Source: Vitrella brassicaformis CCMP3155
Lineage: Eukaryota; Protista; Chromerida
Reading direction: 5' to 3'
NCBI GenBank assembly: GCA_001179505.1
Contig: CDMY01000742.1
Location: forward strand, 1-25,326
Length of the DNA: 25,326 bases
The notes under the pieces: generated by a model
The model's input: the letters and a program-made list of their open reading frames with translations, nothing else
Databases searched by the model: none
What the model was told of the DNA's origin: nothing
Program-made: the position numbers and the translations under genes
Shown: in pieces, positions 18,732 to 25,326 of the stretch
How positions within the stretch are numbered: the first letter of the stretch is position 1
Layout of the letters: every line of letters begins with the position of its first letter

Positions 18732-19735
18732 CTGGCCGCGGAATGTCTCGCTTCGTTCTCCCATCTTCATGATGGCTCTCCCCCACAACACACACCCACC
18801 CACCCACCCACCGAATCACACACACACACACACACACCCCAACACACACACACCCACACACACACGTCCTCCCCCTCCACCCACACCCAGCACAGAGCAG
18901 CCGGTCGTCCGGCCCGCACGCACTCTCGATTCGAGTACACATGACTGCCTGGCAAACAGCCACACAGACACACTGTGGGACACATGGCCACAGATGCACT
19001 TATCGATTACAAAGACACACAGACACGACGAAGAAACAAACTACCGGCGATGGCACTTGAGCTGCAAGAGATGTCTCCTTCCCTCCCACCCCCACATGCA
19101 AACACACACACATGCACGCAGGCAGGCAGGCAGCATGCCACACGCAGACGCAAGACACGCATCAACAAGGCTTGTTCTACTTGCTGCACTGCACTGCACA
19201 GTCAGTCAGTCGATGTACGGGTGGTGAATGGAATGAGACGATAGATACTTGTGGACCGACCGACCAAGACAGAAAACATGGCGACAAAGAGGGACGAATA
19301 CGCACGTGTGTGTGTGTGTGTGTATGTGTGTATGGTGCAGGCCCACGCACACGAGAGAGTGAGCATAAGTGTGTGTGTGGCCGAGTCAGTCGAGTGCCTG
19401 TCTGTGATGGATATCATTGGAGGCCGGATGCGTGGATAAAAATGACTGACTGTATGACGTGACGTGCGTGTTGTGTGTCATCGGACTCTCTCGCCCCCAC
19501 GGAGGCGAGCACAAATCAAATACGATCATGCAGCCAGCAAACTTGAGGCATGCAACGCAGCCACGCACCCCCCCGCCCGACACAGACGCCCCAGCATTTA
19601 TTTGCTCATCCACCGAGGGAGCAAAATAAATCAGTGAATAAACGCATCCACGCAGACAGACAACGAATAATAACACGACAACACAGGAAGGAACGAAGGA
19701 AGATCGACCGAGCGAATCGTCCGCTCACCGCCCGC

Positions 19736-20445
19736 CTAGGGTCTGAGAAGGTTGCGTCCTGAGCCATTCTCAGCCTCGTCCGGCTCCTCGAAGGCGGCCT
19801 CAAAGACATGAAGCAGCTCAGTGCTGTTCAGCTCATCGAACTGGACCACGGGTAAATTGTCAAAGGTAGTGTCATTGCCGTGACGGGGCACAGGCTCTGA
19901 CACGCCAATGGGTCTCCCACCGGGGCAAAAGAGGGTGATTCTAGTCTGATCAGCACCACTTCGTTCTCTGATACCGTTGAAGCTCTGAAACAAACGGACA
20001 CACTACTGCATAGACGCAACGGCATCTCGAGATGTGCCTCCAGACTTACAGATCCGAAACAATCTATGGGGGCGTCGCCGGTCCAGCGCACTATGCCTTG
20101 GTCGCGGCGTCGGGCGAAAGCCACCCAGGTGTGGAAGCCGCCAATGTGGTCGACATCTCTGCGAGACACACATAACACGACTGTACCGCGCGGGCGGGAT
20201 ACTGAGCATTCCATATCTCACTGGATTGTCGCGCATTGGCCACGAGCGACGCTGGGGGTCTCCGGAAGAAATCCGAAACGACATTCGGGAGAGTCGAAAC
20301 TCTGGGGAAAAACTCTGATAATCATCAAGGGTGAAAAGGTCAGGGGGCAGTTGTTGCACAAGATAAAGGTGTGGGCTGAGATCCCAGGCAGGTGAATCGA
20401 CGCGCTGAGCAGAGCCAGGGCAATCGCAGCGAAAGAGCGGGCCAT
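19736..20445 (-). CDS. Host three-exon gene for a secreted Cys-containing protein (193 aa); exons 20445-20222, 20158-20050, 19984-19736
   Basis: Signal-peptide-like MARSFAAIALALLSASIHLPGISA. Introns of 63 nt (GTGAGA..CAG) and 65 nt (GTAAGT..TTTCAG) have compatible phases and give a 582-nt CDS. Confidence 0.75.
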
Positions 20446-21483
20446 GCTGAGAGAAAGAAGGCTGAGAGTTCTGACGGCCGGGTGGACAGTGTCTGTCAAG
20501 GCCTGGCGGTCCCTCTCCTTGCCGCACTGCTTCCGTTAGCGTCTTCGGTTAGCGTCATCTTTCGAATTCGGATCGCAGGCGTTGGCCACCTTCGCCATCT
20601 GCCATTAATTCGCCGGGGGGAGGAGATCACAGGAGACCACGCGAATCTTCGCGAGCTTGAATGCGAGCTTTAAAAAAACGGCCCTGCGTGCCCATTTTCC
20701 GGGCAGGATGGCGAAGAAGAAGATGACACATCGTCAGAAGAAGAAACAGCGGCACCAGATCATCATAGAGGAAGAAGCAACGCTGCGGCAGAAACAGCTC
20801 GACAAGCGGCGCAGGCGGCAGCAGAAGGACAACAACATGAAGGTCTGCCCAACGCCCTGTGCACAAAAGAGCCGCCGGACAGATCGACGAGTGGCTGGTG
20901 TGCGTTGTGCGTTTTGTGTGCAGGAGGACACGCCGCCTCAGGGTTCCAAGTGCATTCCTTGTATACACAACAAGCCATGACCAAGCAATGTACTCCGCTG
21001 TGTGTGGCGTTTCACACCAGATGTTGCCTTTGGCTTGGAGTATCTGCAGAAGAGCTCCACCATCGTCACAAGACCAGGCATGTCGACGAAGCAGATGGTC
21101 TTGTGCGAAACGGGCTCGATGCAAGTGCGAAATGGGCTCGCGCTTTGCAACGCCTCGGCCTTGCATCGGCATCTGTTTCCGCCCAACAGTTCTCTTCGGC
21201 AGCAAACGACTTCATCTCAGGCTCTGCGCCGCTAGCGAGATAAGGCGACCGGAATTCTAATACCCTAGCCCAGTTCAATTAAAAGTCCCACGTACACCCC
21301 GTTTGTGGAGGGAGAAGAAGGAGAGAGAAAAGAGGGATTCCCATCACTCCCACCTCCATCAGCATTCTTCAACCGCAGATCTTCACTTCCCGCCTTCGCG
21401 TCTTCGACTTCGACCTGTCAGCGACTCCCGACTCGCTCCCTCTGTCATCTCCTGCCTGTTTCGCTGAATTGTCTGTCATCATC

Positions 21484-21798
21484 ATGGCTCTCTTCCCGCG
21501 CCTGACGCTGTTGGTGCTCGCCGCTCTGCTGGTGGGGAGCATGGCCGAGGAGTGCGTGACGGACTCCGACTGCGACTCATCAGATGACGTCTGCAGGAAG
21601 AATGATGATGGAGAATGGCGGTGCGAATTTGCTGATAGTTGTGGAACCCCCTTTTGCGACTTGGATATCAAGATCCCATCCCCCCCTATAATGAATGACA
21701 TGAGAGGTCGATCTGCCCGCATCAAGCTAACTTGCACTTCATGGCCAGAAACGTGCATGAGTAGGTGCGGCGAAAGGAGTTCAAGTGAGATATGGTAG
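21484..21798 (+). CDS. Host small secreted Cys-rich protein (3' end may be spliced)
   Basis: MALFPRLTLLVLAALLVGSMA followed by EECVTDSDC...C; eight Cys in about 85 aa. Confidence 0.5.
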   Translation: MALFPRLTLLVLAALLVGSMAEECVTDSDCDSSDDVCRKNDDGEWRCEFADSCGTPFCDLDIKIPSPPIMNDMRGRSARIKLTCTSWPETCMSRCGERSSSEIW

Positions 21799-23143
21799 CG
21801 TCTTCTCTCCACGATTCCCTGGGAGGAGCAGGGAGGCGGCAAGCGTTCGGGTCGCTGTGAAACAATTGTACTTCTCCCTTCAGTTCCAACACTGTGTCTT
21901 TCCTTTCTTCGCATTCTCGCGTCATGAGCAAGGCGACGAGACACATGAATTTGATGAAATCATGGGGTGTCGTGCGTGTCGTGATCCTCGTGGTCCTGGT
22001 GATACTCGGCGCGACGCCAGGCGGTATGCAGCGGATGAGTGGTGGCAGTGGAAGGGTGGTGTGAGAAGGGGGGTGTTCGTGTGTGCAGGTAGTTGCCGTT
22101 CGGCGCGGCGGCAAGGGTGGAACGACACGCGCGGAGGGGAAGCGACATGTGGAGTGCTTTGTCGTGGGCGAGGAGGGTCGATTCGGGTGGAGGATGGTGA
22201 GTAGCAGCATTGAGGAGGTGGCCAACTGTGTGGCTCTGTTTTGTTTCAGGTGTGGCGAGTGAGACGATGGGTGCTGGTGAGCTATTGAGGCGACGAGTGT
22301 CAGCAATGCATGCGCCGTTACTGTTTGTCCCGCTGCGTGGTGGGAGCATAAGCGAATGTCGAGTGCTGGCGTGTCGTCGTCTGAGTGTGTGGGGGTGGTG
22401 TGTTGCGCAGGAGTGTGTGAGCGTTGGTCGAGGGACTTGCACTACACATATGCACGTAAGCGAGAGGGAGAGAAGACAGGAGGGCGAGGCAGGTGAGAGG
22501 CGCGTGTCCCTTCGAGAATCGAATGAATGGTGAAATACCGACTGAAAGGTAGGACACATGCCTGACTGAAAGGGCGTGTGGCGAAGGCGAGAATGAAAGC
22601 GAAATTGAGCGTGGCAAGAGCTACGTCCTCTGTGACGCGCGAGTGGAATGATTGGAATGTGATGGACGGGAAGGGGCATGTGCACAGATGATTAGGGAGA
22701 GGCACACAGAGAGCAGAGGAGGCACCGAGAGAAAGGGAGGTGACCATTGTCTGGTTTGATGATGTGTGCAGGTGCGGTGCGTCGTAATGTCCATGTCCAC
22801 ATGAGTATTGACGTGTAGGTAGAAGGATCTGTCCCATGACATGAACACGTAGATCCACATGAAGGTCGGGTTTCATGATGTGATGCACACACACACACAC
22901 ACAGTGCGGTCTGTACAAGATCCTCCACAAGAAATAACCACAAGAAATAACGCCCACAGAAAGAGAAAGACAGCCACATGCAAAGCAGCCACCACACTCA
23001 TCGATTCAGCGACTCCACCAGAAAGACACAGGCCAGAAAGAAGACACAGCTGTGCACAGCTCCCATGCACACAGAAAAAAAAGTCGCCAAGTGAGGCAGC
23101 ACGCCATAGAACACCAGCACTGTCAGAACGTAATCGTCCGTCT

Positions 23144-23336
23144 TGCTCTAAGATCCCCTCCCCCGCTCTCCGTAGCGGCCAGGCCATTTGGGACCCCACG
23201 CGGGTTCGAACGGCTGAGCTAGAATGACGGCCAACCTAAGATCCGCCACCAATAGACTATATAGCCGAGTTACTATCCTGAGCACCCGGTGGCCCTCGTC
23301 ATTGTCATGTGACCTCTTTCGCGCTACCCTGTAGCA
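23144..23336 (-). repeat. 3' LTR of the TRIM
   Basis: Direct repeat of 23442-23634, bounded by TG..CA. Confidence 0.9.
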
Positions 23337-23339
23337 TTA

Positions 23340-23349
23340 CCCCTCTTTC
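23340..23349 (-). promoter_or_regulatory. Polypurine tract
   Basis: Minus strand GAAAGAGGGG lies 3 nt before the 3' LTR. Confidence 0.75.
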
Positions 23350-23422
23350 ACGAGCGTTGAGCTCCGTCCAGCGCCCAGCCTCAAAGGTCACATACTTCCG
23401 ACGGCTACCTCGATCTTAGGCC

Positions 23423-23439
23423 TCCCGGACGGTGTACCA
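23423..23439 (-). promoter_or_regulatory. Primer-binding site, complementary to a tRNA 3' end (probably tRNA-Gly)
   Basis: Minus strand TGGTACACCGTCCGGGA starts 2 nt after the 5' LTR. Its complement CCCGG-ACGGTGT-A-CCA has T-stem, acceptor-stem, discriminator and CCA spacing. Confidence 0.75.
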
Positions 23440-23441
23440 AA

Positions 23442-23634
23442 TGCTTTAAGATCCCCTCCCACGCTCTCCGTAGCGGCCAGGCCATTTGGGACCCCACGCG
23501 GGTTCGAACGGCCGAGCTAGAATGACGGCCAACCTAAGATCCGCCACCAATAGACTATATAGCCGAGTTACTCTCCTGAGCACCCGATGGCCCTCGTCAT
23601 TGTCATGTGACCTCTTTCACGCTACCCTGTAGCA
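23442..23634 (-). repeat. 5' LTR of the TRIM
   Basis: Direct repeat of 23144-23336 at a 298-bp offset; contains TATATA. Confidence 0.9.
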
Positions 23635-24240
23635 GTCCACAGGACGGACAGATTGGTCTCGGGGTGGCGGCGATCGTTGTTGCACGTCCCGCCCTCCTGC
23701 GTCGTCGTGTTCGCGCACTGGATGCCGGCGTACATGCGGCGGCTGACAATGCTGCGTTGCATCTACACCACAGACACACACACACACACAAGATTAACAC
23801 TCCCTGCCCCTTACTCACCGCGCCAGGAAATTCCTTCATCCAGCACTTGCACTTGAACCAACGAGGGGGGTGGAGTGATGGCTGTTCGAATCGACACAGC
23901 CCACCAGACGTCAAAACTCCCATCAATTCACGTGCCACCGCACGAACCACCGCCCAAGCATGACACCCGATCACTCTCCTCTCAAGCTCTATAGCAACCA
24001 CCTTCCCATCTCAATACCGCCTGCAAACACCACAATACCTGCAGACTCCTCTAAACGACATCTGTCACTCACCGGCACTTTTGTGGAAAATGCATTTTCC
24101 AACCGAGCAGTGCGTCATTAGACGCCAGCACGCGTCCTGCAGCAGAGAGAAGGAGAGAAAACACGATCGGCGAGCTTTTCCTTGCGAGCTCAGGGCAAAT
24201 CCGGTGTTGTTCGTTCGTTCGTTCGTCGGAAGCGAACTCT

Positions 24241-24264
24241 GGCCGCCTTCGGCCGAAGGCGGCC
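24241..24264. repeat. Perfect 24-bp GC-rich palindrome
   Basis: GGCCGCCTTCGGCCGAAGGCGGCC equals its own reverse complement. Confidence 0.95.
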
Positions 24265-24529
24265 GTCAGAGAACTAGTCTAATATAAAAAGCCGTAACAA
24301 ACCCTAGCGAAACCCTGGACCAGGCTCGCCGAGGCTCGCCCTGCAGGCTCGCCCCCACGATCGCTGCCTGCCGCAGTAGAGAATGAACAAGGAAGGAGGA
24401 GGAGGAGGAGGAGGAGGAGGAGGAGGAGAAGGGACGTAGGGAGAGCGTTGGTGCTTGTTGCGGAGCCTTGGGGCAGGTGGGTGGGCGGGAGGGAGGGAGC
24501 TGACATGCATTGCCTTGACTGTTGGCCTT

Positions 24530-25151
24530 GATTCTTCGTGCAGGCCCGATCGCGCTTCTTTTCCTCGGCTCCCACCCGATCGGGTTTGCACGAAGAATTG
24601 CGTGTTGCAGACAGAGATTCGCCCAAATCTCAGACAGCGTCGCACTCATGAGCCAGCCGCCTTCAGAGACACCCTTGCTACGGGCCGCTCGCGAGCATGA
24701 CAGGCATGACGGCGACGGCTCACCCTCTCACAAATGCACATGGAGGACGGGGACGGCCACAGGGCATGCGCATTTCCACACTGGCCACGGGGCGGGGTGT
24801 GTGCGTGCCTCTGAGTGTTTGTTTCTGTCTGGCTTTGGCAGGGATGTGTGCCGTATTGGGCCGTTGAATGGGATGGTAAATGATTAGAATGATGAGGAGA
24901 GGAAGATGACTTCGTTCCTTATCAGGTGAGACGCAGCTCAAGACTGTAGCCATTGAATGATGTTTGGTATGGCTCTGTGCGGTCTGTGTGGTTATTGCTG
25001 ACAGGCGCCTCATGGGCCCGGGTTCCCTGAGGCTCGGGGCAGGTGGGTGGGTGGGAGGGAGGGATTCTTCTTGCAAGCCCGATCGCGCTTCTTTTTCTCG
25101 GCTCCCACCCGATCGTGTTTGCACGAAAAATTGCGTGTTGCAGACTGAGAT
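24530..25151. repeat. Dispersed 89-bp direct repeat (24530-24618 and 25063-25151)
   Basis: GATTCTTC...CCCGATCGCGCTTC...TTGCGTGTTGCAGAC.GAGAT occurs twice with a few substitutions. Both copies have an upstream GGGGCAGGTGGGTGGG.GGGAGGGAGGG block. Confidence 0.88.
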
Positions 25152-25326
25152 CCTGTGTAGTTTGCTGGCAGGCGCCTCATGGGCTTCCGCCTATGTCTTC
25201 GCTCCCGTTGGACGAGGATTGGGGGACCCGAGTGGACAACACAGTTGGTTTCATCGATTTTTGACCTCACACACCAGGGCAGATGGGAGCCAATGCATGA
25301 TGTGTGTGTGTTCTCTGTGTGTGTGT

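Larger units (their letters stand above)
23144..23634 (-). mobile_element. Complete miniature LTR retroelement (TRIM-like), 491 bp, non-coding
   Basis: Two 193-bp direct repeats with TGCT..AGCA ends and 6 mismatches flank a 105-bp interior carrying a PBS and PPT in the correct order on the minus strand. The flanks are GTCT and GTCC. Confidence 0.88.

Noticed and set aside
17871-19700. Long ORFs such as 17871-18644 and 18649-19227
   Set aside because: They are translations of CA/GT microsatellites and low-complexity DNA with no protein-like features.
20003-20527. ORF 20003-20527 as a degenerate HNH nuclease
   Set aside because: It lacks convincing HNH residues and overlaps the better-supported spliced gene in another frame.
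20708-21260. Lys/Arg-rich, Cys-containing ORF 20708-20980 and overlapping ORFs
   Set aside because: No recognisable domain or consistent exon structure.
21954-22450. Possible third spliced secreted-protein gene (MKSWGVVRVVILVVLVILG...)
   Set aside because: Splice phases are compatible, but the downstream exon translation is not protein-like and overlapping frames are equally open. Support is too weak without RNA data.
23195-23225. GGTTCGAA as a tRNA T-loop or tRNA gene
   Set aside because: The flanks cannot form a T-stem on either strand and there is no cloverleaf. It is part of the LTR.

Overview
Eukaryotic genomic DNA. A GC-rich, microsatellite-rich host with short GT-AG introns (amoebozoan-like by inference only) carries an AT-rich, decaying endogenous Polinton/Maverick-like virus at about 235-17083, whose left end lies outside the window. 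The virus encodes a fragmented protein-primed PolB with a probable terminal protein and vOTU region, an rve integrase with a premature stop, a split double-jelly-roll major capsid protein and an intact A32/FtsK-like packaging ATPase. It also has a RING protein, other Zn-binding proteins and a cluster of predicted membrane proteins. I could not recognise a penton or adenain protease. Three copies of one small tail-less retroelement (about 560 bp if full length) lie in the viral left arm. Two of them interrupt the same viral gene in opposite orientations with 12- and 15-bp target-site duplications, and removing them restores a 222-aa ORF. The host flank (17084-25326) contains a possible piggyBac-like remnant, a foldback hairpin, a 29-bp minisatellite, a three-exon secreted-protein gene and a complete 491-bp TRIM-type miniature LTR element with TG..CA LTRs, a tRNA-type PBS and a PPT. 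All calls are by eye from motifs; no database searches were run. Most GC-rich ORFs in the supplied track look spurious.
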